From IMG/VR virus record IMGVR_UViG_3300010430_000003, positions 124,001 through 188,000 of that record: a DNA stretch of 64,000 nt, one strand, 5' to 3'. Positions 33,491 to 44,176 of this stretch are shown one piece after another. The number at the start of each line of letters is the position of its first letter. The first letter of the stretch is position 1. The notes beneath the pieces are model-generated. The model was not told the origin of the DNA and ran no database searches. It saw nothing but the letters and a program-made list of their open reading frames with translations. The position numbers and the translations under genes are program-made.

Positions 33491-33579
33491 AACTGACTGC
33501 TGCCTCTACCAATTGGGCTACCCGCCCCCAATTTATGGGCGGAGATGGATTCGAACCACCACTGACACAATCTTTAGTT
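33491..33579 (-). ncRNA. circularly permuted tRNA-like RNA (YrlA Y-RNA-like), copy 1
   Basis: order T arm GGTGGTTCGAATCCATC, TCCGCCC, loop, GGGCGGG, D arm TAGCCCAATTGGTAGAGGC; closed by GATTGT/GCAGTC and AACT/AGTT. Confidence 0.75.
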
Positions 33580-33643
33580 GACAAGAAACTTGAGCTTGCT
33601 ATGTGCCTGCACCGATCTTTCGGTGGTCTTAGGCACACTCCAT

Positions 33644-34384
33644 TTATTGTCCGAAGACAAAGTTGAAAAGTTTATCACCAATCTTCTTGGTTTCCACTTC
33701 TGTTTCATTTGCATTGCAGCGAGCTTCTTTAACTGCAATTCGCAGTTTTGCAATCTTTTCAGTCCATGCTCGCTTTTGATTTTGTGTAATCCCTCCATGT
33801 TGCTGAATGGCAGTCCATACACCTTGGATCACATCTTCAGTGATAAGTTGTGTTTGCGCCGGATGTTCGGGAGTTGCATCGTAAAGGACAATTGCTCTCT
33901 GTACCTTTTTGGTGGAGTTTCGATGTTCCGGGTTGGAAACAAAGATCTTTTCATTGCTTGAGGATGGTGTCCATTCTCGATCTGTTCCCAACACAGGTGC
34001 GTGTCGAACAAATGTTTCAAGGTCTTCAAATTGCTTCTCAAGGAATAGCAATAGAGATACAGGACAATCGTGTACCAACGTCTCGCCTTCTACAACGATA
34101 TCAGAAGAAGCCTTTACGTTACCATAGTCCTTAGACGCTGTGAGGTCAATAAGGCGCACTGTTGCCTCTTGAAAGTCTTCTACGGCGTCTTGCACCGTCA
34201 TTTGAACCCTTGCTACTTCATCTGGCAATTGTTCGCCTTCTTCGTCCTTTGGTTCATATTTCCGAACCATGCCAGTGAACAGGGCTTCCTTTTGGAGTTT
34301 CTTATACAGTTCAGTCCTTGTCCTTTCAAGGCGTTTCTTTTCTGAACTTTCGACGGCTACAATTTGATGCAGTTTGCTTGACAT
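33644..34384 (-). CDS. conserved hypothetical protein (KLHQIVAVE family)
   Basis: 246 aa, GAGG RBS; LF.G..R.Y.PKDEEGEQLP, LLFLEKQ, VLY.AT.EHPAQ and AVK.AR..AN motifs seen in bacterial and phage homologues. Confidence 0.8.
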   Translation of the reverse strand: MSSKLHQIVAVESSEKKRLERTRTELYKKLQKEALFTGMVRKYEPKDEEGEQLPDEVARVQMTVQDAVEDFQEATVRLIDLTASKDYGNVKASSDIVVEGETLVHDCPVSLLLFLEKQFEDLETFVRHAPVLGTDREWTPSSSNEKIFVSNPEHRNSTKKVQRAIVLYDATPEHPAQTQLITEDVIQGVWTAIQQHGGITQNQKRAWTEKIAKLRIAVKEARCNANETEVETKKIGDKLFNFVFGQ

Positions 34385-34436
34385 TTCAAACCTCTCTTGT
34401 TTTGATAAGTTTCAGTTTCATAATCTTGATAATAAA

Positions 34437-34464
34437 ATTATATTATTTTTTGAGCAAATTTCAA
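34437..34464 (-). promoter_or_regulatory. sigma70-like promoter for the 34384 gene and downstream RNAs
   Basis: TTGAAA-N16-TATAAT. Confidence 0.65.
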
Positions 34465-34474
34465 TGACAATATA

Positions 34475-36672
34475 TTAATATCTTCTATTGGCATTGGCAA
34501 TAATGATAGGACATGAGATCATTTCTGAATATGAAGAGGACTTGAAAAAAATTAGGTGATAATACCAGAAAATATCTCTTTTTTGAAATTTAGCCCAACC
34601 AGTTAAATTTCTTAATAAGAAGAAGTCATGATTTAAAGGTCGCAAACAAAAAATACTATAAATACTATATGATGATAAAACGGTGTTTTGCAATACACAA
34701 TGAGCAATATATTTATTCACATAATGGTTATTCATAATTAACAGTTTTTATTTCACCATCCTTTGTGTCAAGCCAGTCCCACAGTCGATCATCACCACGC
34801 ATTATTACCAAATACGGATCAATCCAACCACATGTTAATTCTCCATATGTTCTAGCAACACAATAAGAATGAGTGTATTCCATGATTTTAAAAGTAAACA
34901 TGGAACGAATCATTCTTGTAAGAAACATTTTATATATTTCTTTATTTAAGTTCATGTCTTCATCTCTTAAATAAATTATACTGTTTTCTGTACAGAATTC
35001 AAGAACAGTATTTTATCAAACGGTGTAATGTATCGTCTTTAATAATTCTCGCCCACTCGTTTTGGTCTTTAATGTGAATTGAGGCGAACTTAAATCTTGT
35101 GTAAGGTCTTACCTTATCACTTTCGAGATGGGAGAAAATTCCGTAGAACTGGAAGACTTCGGAATAATAAAAATCTGCAAGAATATATCCTCTTGCTATT
35201 TGATTGACATTCATCATCTTCTCTTTACAATGGTGAGGTCTTTCGAATCAAAGAAAGGTATGGTTCCATATAATCTTTTAATCATTTCTTCATAATCTAC
35301 ACTGCGAACTGAAAAGGAAATTCTATCACAGTTTAGATGATTTGTAAAACTATATAAAATTTGAGGTTCTGCCATAAGAATAAATCTGGCGATTTGCACG
35401 TTAATTTTAACAGCATTCATACTTTAATCTTTTCTGCTGCTCTATGAATTCTCTCCTCAAGATGATCATGGTCTTCATCTAAATCAAGAATAATTCCTTC
35501 TAATTCCTTCTTCTTTGTTCTCAACCTCTTTATTTCTTTTGCCCTTCGATCAAGAAGAATTGTGCGATACCACATATCCCTTTTTGGAACATAAACTTCT
35601 TTTTCTTCACCATCAATGAATCTTATTGTATGGGTATGAGGAATGACTTCTTCGATTTTTTCCCATTTGTAATAATTACATGTTTTTTGTTTCTTTGTTT
35701 GCTGAATATCCCAAACAGGCGAATCATGATCAAGATCAGCTATAGCAACTTCCATATCTTTTTGCCAAAGATATTCAATTATGGAGTAATTGAATAAAAT
35801 AGATAATCCAAGCGCAGCGGCGAAAACTGCAATTATGGCTATAATGAATAACATTTATACCCTTAATGGTTTGGGAAATCATTTAAATTGAAATCTTTAA
35901 AATCAACTAAATCTAAAGAAGAAATAGACACTTTTTTATTCAATGGTTTTCTCATTCGATTTCCACGTTTATCATATAAAACACGAACTTCCACAATTTG
36001 TTCTTTATCATTTGTACAGGTATACCACCAATGCTGATTTTGTCTTACATAAGCTTCCCCAAACCATCTTGCTTTATGGTTACTTCTAACCTCTTGACCC
36101 CACACTAAAGGTTTGTGTGGAATCCTTTTCAGAGAGGAAACAGCATAACTTAATTCAGATTCTATATCATGTGATATGAGAGTGTATTGGAATTCGCATG
36201 ACCGATTATTTGAAACCCACCTTTCTCCAAGAAATCCTCTTTCATACATTAAAAATGTATACGCAACCTTTTTATTAATCATTTAAATTTAATCAATTTT
36301 GAAGAACTGTGTGTTAAAAATGTATGTACATTTTTATACATAATGTCAGACATATACTTACGAGTAAGAGTTGTATGACTAATTGTCAATCTACCGGGAC
36401 TTGGAGTTGACGACCAAATATATTCCCACTCTGATGAGATCATCATGAAAGCCACTTGAAAATTAATTTTCATTTTGAGTCAATCTCAAATTATTTGTAT
36501 ATTCTTGCATAAAATGCATCATATATATCTCGAAAAAGGTAGAGGAATGATTAGTGTAGAGAAAAGAAATAGAGTGCTCCAAAAAGAGCTTTGAACCAGC
36601 CATCGCTACATTATGATGATTCGAATGAAATGTTATAGAATACATTACTTTTATTCGAATTATCTTATTCAT
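34475..36672 (-). CDS. seven MNIN-family ORFs (34475, 34728, 34999, 35214, 35863, 36279, 36463) and a membrane-anchored protein (35417-35854)
   Basis: VNKYIAHC, MNLNKEIYKMF, MNVNQIARGY, INVQIARF, MINKKVAYTF, INFQVAFM, MNKIIRIKV. Confidence 0.6.
34975..35002 (-). promoter_or_regulatory. sigma70-like promoter
   Basis: TTGAAT-N16-TATAAT. Confidence 0.6.
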
Positions 36673-36678
36673 CTGAAT

Positions 36679-37746
36679 TCACACCCACGCAGAGGTATAT
36701 AGAGAACTTGCATAGCCTCTTCGTGTGAAGGTAACCTTTACACCCTCTTCAGAAAGATAGGTATATGTGTATTTGTCATCATTGATATCAGAAAGATTGG
36801 AAGGATATAGAATGACTGACTCACTGTGACCCCAATAACCTTCTCGAACATCTTCAGCTTTTTCATTCCATTGAAGAAAGATATCTATCTCTCCATTAAA
36901 AATATCTCCGTAATGTGATGTCTCACGGTAAACTCGCCCGTCTTTCTCAGCAAGAATTTTGTAACTATATTCTTGATTGCCAAAGGAAACGTTCAACATG
37001 TCCAAAACTTCTTTGGCAGTTTCATTATATCGGTTCATTTCTTCAACCATTGCTTGAAGCATATCAAAGTTGAATTTCCCGTTAATTTTTGCAAGGCGAA
37101 GAATTGATTTAATTTCATTCTTATCATTAAGGCGTTCATTGCAATATTCGAGAATCGCATCTTCTTCCAAACCTTTATAGTCAAGGTTATAAAACAAGCG
37201 ACCGGGGCGATTATTCATATTTTTATCAATGCCCCATTTATCATTGGCAGTCAAAAGAAACAGTCTTTTTCCTGTGAAAACTCCATCAAGAAGAGTTAGC
37301 ATTGCTTCCTGTTCTTCCTTGTTATAAACCTTTTCAAATTCATCAAATAGAACAACAGCAGGTTCATCAATTGACGCAATGAAAGAGTTAAAGATCTCTC
37401 CGTGAAGAGCACCATTAACAACAATTGTTGATACCCCTTCTTGAGCCAATGCCACACTAATTTTCTTGGCAAGGAGGCTTTTGCCAGATCCCTTTTCACC
37501 AACCATTAATACTCCTGTACTTTCTGTACGAGAGTTAAATGTATTGATAATTCTGTCAGAGCGATCACAAATATTGCCATAAAACTTTTCAGGGAGTATG
37601 AAATCACTCATCTCTTCCAGATAGTATTCACCTGAAATTGGATTAAACTTAACTAGATAGTTCCCGACGGGCAGCTTCTTGCGGATATCAATTGCACTAT
37701 CAGGAGTTACTATAAAAGTGTTACCATTCTTGATGTAATTTGTCAT
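36679..37746 (-). CDS. AAA-family ATPase
   Basis: Walker A GEKGSGKS, Walker B VLFDEFEK, LLDG, LT.N, NRPGR; likely start MTNYIKNG. Confidence 0.9.
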   Translation of the reverse strand: MTNYIKNGNTFIVTPDSAIDIRKKLPVGNYLVKFNPISGEYYLEEMSDFILPEKFYGNICDRSDRIINTFNSRTESTGVLMVGEKGSGKSLLAKKISVALAQEGVSTIVVNGALHGEIFNSFIASIDEPAVVLFDEFEKVYNKEEQEAMLTLLDGVFTGKRLFLLTANDKWGIDKNMNNRPGRLFYNLDYKGLEEDAILEYCNERLNDKNEIKSILRLAKINGKFNFDMLQAMVEEMNRYNETAKEVLDMLNVSFGNQEYSYKILAEKDGRVYRETSHYGDIFNGEIDIFLQWNEKAEDVREGYWGHSESVILYPSNLSDINDDKYTYTYLSEEGVKVTFTRRGYASSLYTSAWV

Positions 37747-37759
37747 TGTTTGTCCTTTT

Positions 37760-40700
37760 TTATAAACAATATACTTGTGATTCTTGGTTAGAAGCTGTTG
37801 AGTCAAAAATGAATGTCTCGCCATTATCCCAACGAGTATCTCTCAAATACCGATCCACTTCTTCATCAATAAGCAAATCGTTAGGCACAACAGAGAGGTA
37901 TTTTGCGATATCCACAACCTCTTTATTCTTTAAGGCTCCTTCCTCAATTTTCTCTAATCCATTATAGGACCAATGATTTTGATGTAAAAGATAGTGTGTT
38001 GGAATCATCGCGTTGATTAATTCACAAAGCTTAACTTTATTGCTTGTTAGGGCACTATTGCCATTATTAGAAGCATATTGAATGCTCCGAAGAATTCCAT
38101 TCCAAGTATAATAAAAATCATTGTCGCCGGTTACGATTGCAAGCTTTTTCATATATCTCCTTTGTTGGAAATATTATATTAAAATTTGAACGAAAAACAA
38201 CAAAACAATATTAATGAAAAGCTTTATAAGAAAGCTCGCAGAAAAGACCTTTATGAGTACAATGATACATGGTGGGTTTTTTAAGTTTATTCATCATCTT
38301 TATTCTTGAAGATCTGTCACATAGATACTTGGAATGAATTTCAAATGAATGATGTTTGATCAATCCGAAGTGCGTGAAATGGTTCCAATCAAAATCGTCA
38401 TGCATGAAAAACCCTGCAATCATTAAATTAATGTAATTCATTATCAAACTGTCTCATTGCATGGATGCAAACTCTAATTGAACTGTGCAAATATCCCTCA
38501 TACCATTCAATAAATGTTGTATATCGATGATCTGATATACAAGAACCTTCTCTAGCAGAGTTGTTCTTAATATCAGGAAGTTCGTAATCTAATACAAAAC
38601 AATTGGAGACCAACAAGTTAATGTGATTCATAACCCTTTAAATAAAACTTCATGTTTTGGATATTTATCTTTTATAAAGGAATACATTGAGAACTTTTCA
38701 GGCATTAGATACAAGCTTTCTCTTTGAGAAAAAGGTATAACCTCCTTATTGACACGGAAGTGAATCCAATCAAAATCATAATTTATAAAATATATACTTA
38801 TCATTAAATTGATATTATCAATCTTGGCTTTCATTGTCCCTCCATGGCAAAGGGTCAAATGTAGCCCAAGGTCTTTCCGCTTTAAGCAGCTCGTGAAGTT
38901 CTTCAGTATTTTGTTCAGCAATTTCCCTTGCCACCTTTAAGTCTTTTTCCAAGACCTTGATTCTGATTCCAGAAGATTGTTTATATTTGTTGTAATCATT
39001 TTCAATTTCATTGTGAACTCGAATCATTTCATGCCAATTAACGACGGCAGCAACAAAATGCCCTCTCAATTCATCCTCAGACATATTATTAGCATCATTT
39101 TGAGTTTCTTTTAATAACTTGTCATATTCTTCATCAGTCATGCTTTTCTCTTAGTAAAATTCTTACTTTCATATACACAATTGCCATATTTAGAATAATC
39201 AAATGCCATTCTAAACCACCTCAAATAACCGCAATTTGTTCGAATTGTTCTCTCATTTAAAAAATGAAAGCGACGGCCTCTCCCCAACAAAAAATTCACG
39301 GAAAGCAGTAATGTATGTACTATACAAATATATTCTTATAAATTCAAGATTATGGTCAAGGCCGAACTCCTCAACTGTATTGCTAATTTTTGTTATGATT
39401 ATTATATTAAAAAGTGCGGGATATTCAATAAAGAATAAAAGGTCGGGTGTTAAGCGTTTCGTTCGAAACACCTGTAAGCATGACATCAATATTATTCCGT
39501 GGATATAAATCAATCCAACTAAATCTTATTTCTTTGTAAATTCGTTCGAAGGTGTAGAATATATTAACAGAATCATGAAGCAAATAGGCATAGTTATGTC
39601 CTCTCAAGGCGCTTCTATGAAAAAAGAAAGAAATCTGTTTATTTATATTCATTTGATAAGTTGCTTATAATTTGCGGCGACCAAGTCGGAATTTTCTCCG
39701 CAAAGCCAAACTTCAGCCGTTGCTTGAATTGTTTCTTCACCAGCAGGTTTCCAACCCTTAACTCGAATTTTAGCTTCAAAGCTCAGTCTACCATTTTCAT
39801 GACTTACAATAACATCCGATAAATCAAGTCTTGGGGAAGTCGTCCAGTGACCTTCATCATATGATGCAATTGTTAAATCACCAATTATAAGCCAAGCTTT
39901 TGAGACCCAGTCTAAATTCCATGTAAGTGAAGCTAAATGTATGCTGCCATCAAACTCATCCCAATGCTCAGGTGCATCTGTCCACATCTTTGTCTCAAAT
40001 CTATTTTCAATAGGGAGTTTTATTGGAGTTTGTTGTGTGGTTGTTGTTAGAGTTTCAACAATAAGATCACAATATTCAAAATCGGGAGGATCGGGAGGAT
40101 ATTCAATAAAAGTAGAACCACAACTTGTTAGAAACAGTATTAATACAAATAACAATAATTTCCGAAACAAATGGTAAGCCTCTTATATATCCTTTTTAAA
40201 TAGGATTTTTAAAAGACTTATATCGAATATTTGTTTTACAATACCTTTAAATCAACATGTATTGCAACCCTTTTTCATAAAATCGAGAACTTCGATTAAA
40301 TAGGTATCAAAATGATTAAAATATCTATCTCTTACCAAGTCTAAAGTTATACAAGATTCATGATGGCTATAATTATCAAGAAAAACAGCGTATGGGAAAG
40401 AATAGTATGCATTCATATGAACGTTCCATGATTCGCGAAATAATCTACCCTTAGTTCCACCTAAAAATCTCTTGCAAATTAAAAAATTTATATTCATTTA
40501 TAACCTTTAAACCATCTTTCAAACCATGTTGGTTGACGATCATGCCAACGAACCTCTATTTTAGAGATCTCATTAGGTTCCCACAATGTTTTATATATTT
40601 CTTTATAAGTCAAATTAACAGAATCAACTCTCCACACAGGAATCTTAAGATAAGCCCCAAGAATTTCAAACATCTCTTCTTTGGAAAAGATTAGAATAGA

Positions 40701-42137
40701 TTTCTGTTTAACCAAATAATATTTCTGTGGCAACTGAGAAGTCGGTCTGGGATCAAGAAATTTGAGTTTCTCGTGAGGGCCAAACATTGTTTTAAAATCA
40801 CTTGTGCTTAGATATTCTTTTTGTAAAGTAACCATCATTCACCGATATTCAGAATCATGCCAGAACAGTTCAATATATTCCTCGTATTTATCTTTGTGAA
40901 GATATTTGCGAAGATTGGCTTTTCCTTTAGCCCTATCCCTCTTCACCCTTCCCCGCTTGTAACATTTTATGGATTTGCGTGTATGAGGACTCACTAATCG
41001 CTGCCCCCACCACCTACAAAGAACAGTAAGAGTGATAAAATTCCAAACCACCAAGACAATTCAATATTAAAGAAAACGATTGGTTCTCCATATAACCACA
41101 TAATCATCCATCCAATGGCAAATCCGATGGCAAATCTAATGGCGTACATTACAGCGGCAAAAAGGAGAACCGTAAGAAAAGCACCAACCCCGAAAAGTAC
41201 TGCAAGAACAGGTGTGAAGTAAGGCTTCAGAAAATCATAACTGCGTTGATACCAAGTTCTAATGTGGTGCATAATTGTTATTCCTTTGAAAGAAGAATAT
41301 AAGGTTTTCATAGTAAGTATTTCCACTCGCCGTAAAGTTTTTAACTATTGTTTCATAATAAATTGCAGAGTTTCTAAACTTATCATTTGATACGAACATT
41401 TTATCTGCTGTCAGGCGATGCCAGTTGCAAATGTAAAGGACATAGGTTCGTGCTATGATGATATTAATATCGTTTGATTCCATTTAATTTAGCCAGCAGT
41501 GATTTGTTTTTATTTCTCAATAACAGTGAAATATTGTGCTTTATATATTGAGGATATCTTTGGAGTTTCTTCAAAGCGGGACATGTCTTTCTTGAAAAGC
41601 CATGGGAACCATTTTTGTAAATCTTATGACAACCGCTATATAGAAAAATATGAGCAACAAAAATATTAATATTATTCATAATATAATCTAAAATCTAAAC
41701 AATTTGTTGAAATCAATTCAATTTCAAATTTAGGAATATAAGAAATGAATTGTTCTTGTCGCAATTCAATTAATTCTTTTTCAACAATTGTTCGCAATTC
41801 ATAAATACCTTTAGTATTTGCTTGAAGCGCAGTACCATTTTTCCTCTTAAAGAGGAGATATTTGTTTAAAATTTGAACGAGTTGTGCATAAAGCTGTTTA
41901 TAAGTTAAGAATGGACTTTTCATCCTAAAAAGAACCCGAAAAATCAAATATATTTGAGACCCACTCTTTACTATAATATATCAGTTGTTGATTTTCAAAC
42001 AGTTGTTGATTATAACTTCCATTTTTATCAAGCCACCACACCACACAATTTCCCGCATTATCAACTTCTTTGACATACATACAAATATCACGGTATTCTC
42101 TAAGACATACTTTATCTTTTTTATGAAAAATAATCAC
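37760..42137 (-). CDS. block of small hypothetical genes with MNIN-family members at 38211, 38428, 38628, 39425, 40252, 41259 and 41464
   Basis: INLMIAGFF, INLLVSNCF, INLMISIYF, MNINKQISFF, MNINFLICKRF, INIIIARTY, INIFVAHIF. Confidence 0.6.
39649..40170 (-). CDS. putative lipoprotein
   Basis: FRKLLLFVLILFLTSC lipobox signal peptide. Confidence 0.6.
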   Translation of the reverse strand: MFRKLLLFVLILFLTSCGSTFIEYPPDPPDFEYCDLIVETLTTTTQQTPIKLPIENRFETKMWTDAPEHWDEFDGSIHLASLTWNLDWVSKAWLIIGDLTIASYDEGHWTTSPRLDLSDVIVSHENGRLSFEAKIRVKGWKPAGEETIQATAEVWLCGENSDLVAANYKQLIK

Positions 42138-42454
42138 TCTTCGTTCTTCTTTTCAAAATATTTACTTAAGTATTTTCTAATATTTGTAGCCCCAACAGGA
42201 TTAGCAGAATGAACACACCAAGTCAAATCAGTTATGTCCAACTTTTTATCCATATCCTGTTTTACAAGCCATTTAGCGCAATCATAACCAGTTTTAGAAT
42301 AACGACCAGTACCACCCAAATCATGATCAAAGGAAATTCCAAGAGGAACACCATGTTCAGTGATGTAATCACAAAATTCCTCATATGAACGCACTGTCAC
42401 CCAGTGTTCATATGGAGATTCTCTAATATCATCAAGAAATAAATGGTAAGACAT
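42134..42454 (-). CDS. cyclic-phosphate-processing receiver-domain protein
   Basis: LFLDDIR, ISFDHDLG, TGYDCAKWL and VHSANPVG motifs. Confidence 0.8.
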   Translation of the reverse strand: MSYHLFLDDIRESPYEHWVTVRSYEEFCDYITEHGVPLGISFDHDLGGTGRYSKTGYDCAKWLVKQDMDKKLDITDLTWCVHSANPVGATNIRKYLSKYFEKKNEE

Positions 42455-43026
42455 TTAAACCAAACCTCTAAGTCTTGAATTATCTTGACCCATTTCATTA
42501 ACCAGTGATTCAAGAAGAATAGACCACTCTTTAAGATTAGATTTTGCAGGGAAACATGAGCGGAGAGCACCAACCCTCATAATTTGAGGGTGAATACTAT
42601 TATTTAGCCTCTTAAGAAGGAAATCAACTCTCTCCCACCTTTTGAGCCGACATTCAAAATGAAGAATTGTAAAAAGAGTTTCCATCCGCTTTTGAAGGTT
42701 GGGGTCCATTATTCCTCCAGCGCTTTAATTACTTCAGCTTCAAACTCTAGAGATAGGGAGTCCAGTTCTCCCTTGAATGAGTCTTGCTGTTTGAGGTTCT
42801 TATCAAGACGCTCCAAGAGTAATTTAATGTTGAATTTAGGTTGTTTCTTTTCGAACACCCAAACAGTCACAGCACTTTTTGTACTCTGTCCAGAGGCATT
42901 CACATAAATTTCAGACTGGAACGAATTTTTGAATTCACATCTCTTTGTGAGTTCGCTAGATGGTGGCTCAAATTGTTTTGTGGTGATTGTAAGGAAACGA
43001 TCATTCTCTCTAACATAGATAGCCAA
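42455..43026 (-). CDS. two hypothetical proteins (42455-42709, 42709-43026)
   Basis: coupled ORFs downstream of a promoter. Confidence 0.55.
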
Positions 43027-43052
43027 AATGCACTCCTGATATGTACAGTTTT

Positions 43053-43080
43053 ATTGTAGTTTTTCTTGGAAAAATCTCAA
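43053..43080 (-). promoter_or_regulatory. sigma70-like promoter
   Basis: TTGAGA-N16-TACAAT. Confidence 0.55.
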
Positions 43081-43157
43081 TACTAAAATATTACGAAGAA
43101 TTGGGAGGAATTCGAAAAAAGACGTGAGTGCGAGAAACTCTAAATGACAAAAATGCA

Positions 43158-43829
43158 TTATGTCCTCAAGAAGATACCATGGTTGGTAGTAGAAAAGTCA
43201 AGTGAATAGTTTTTAATGTCAACTAATCGACAGTAATCATCTATTTCTTCAAGAGTGAGACTTGTAAACCCACGTTTAACAGAACCAACCTGATTATCAC
43301 ATGGTAAGTGGATACACATTTTACCAGTTTCATTAAGAACTCTTTGAGTCTCTTCCATATAGGAGAGAATGATTCCTTTGTCGGCTCTCATTAAGGAATC
43401 AAGGCTAAATACAAAATCAACAGAATTGTCTTCAATACCTTTAAGTTCGTCACCTTCTGTAAGATAGGTTTTGATTGGAGCGTCCGGCCATCTTTCAAGT
43501 AACCTTGAAAAACCCCCTTCATGGAGGTCAACACATATAATCTCTTTTGCTTCTAAACAGAATTGCGTCCACTTACCGTCTAAGGAGCCAATTTCAAGAA
43601 CAACATTATTGTTGATGTTCGGAGTGATAAACTCATTTTTGATTTTAAGATAATTCCCAAGCGGATCGTCTTCTCTGTTGGGGTCACCCCAACTATACCC
43701 ATAGATGTCCTCTACAGGCATCTTATTCATTTCATTGATCCAGCGCTGTGTAAACTCTTTACTCACAGTAAAATCTCCAACGACACATATTGTTCTGACA
43801 GCCAGAATAATAGGTAGAGCCCTCCTCAA
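43158..43829 (-). CDS. class I SAM-dependent methyltransferase (start uncertain)
   Basis: VLEIGSLDG.WT, ICVD, DNSVDFVFS, RVL...G...IH. Confidence 0.85.
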   Translation of the reverse strand: MRRALPIILAVRTICVVGDFTVSKEFTQRWINEMNKMPVEDIYGYSWGDPNREDDPLGNYLKIKNEFITPNINNNVVLEIGSLDGKWTQFCLEAKEIICVDLHEGGFSRLLERWPDAPIKTYLTEGDELKGIEDNSVDFVFSLDSLMRADKGIILSYMEETQRVLNETGKMCIHLPCDNQVGSVKRGFTSLTLEEIDDYCRLVDIKNYSLDFSTTNHGIFLRT

Positions 43830-43906
43830 ATCAAGATTATTATTATATTTCTTTTTAATGATACTAGCTAATAATTACATTGACAGTTTATAAGAGTTAA
43901 TAAAGC

Positions 43907-44176
43907 ATGAAAATTACCAATAAGAGAATGATGGAAATTATCAAAGAAGAAACTGATCGATTTCTACGAGAAGTGGAACTTGGAGATTCAAACGAAACTC
44001 GACAAAAACTTGACTTGTTTGTTAATTCTCTTGAAGAGCAAATTGAACTAATTGGTGATGCAATACTCATGGCAGCACAAGAAAACCCCGATGAATCAGA
44101 AAAACTAACAAGAATTATAACTGTTCACAATGCTTATATTAAATCCCTTAAAGAGTTATCAACTATTTTAAGATGA
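43907..44176 (+). CDS. putative virion head-associated small protein
   Basis: MKIT......IIKEE N-terminus typical of T4-like jumbo phage late proteins. Confidence 0.5.
   Translation: MKITNKRMMEIIKEETDRFLREVELGDSNETRQKLDLFVNSLEEQIELIGDAILMAAQENPDESEKLTRIITVHNAYIKSLKELSTILR

Noticed and set aside
33230-33822. ORFs 33230-33460 and 33574-33822
   Set aside because: They overlap the structured RNAs or the 246-aa gene and have no protein features.
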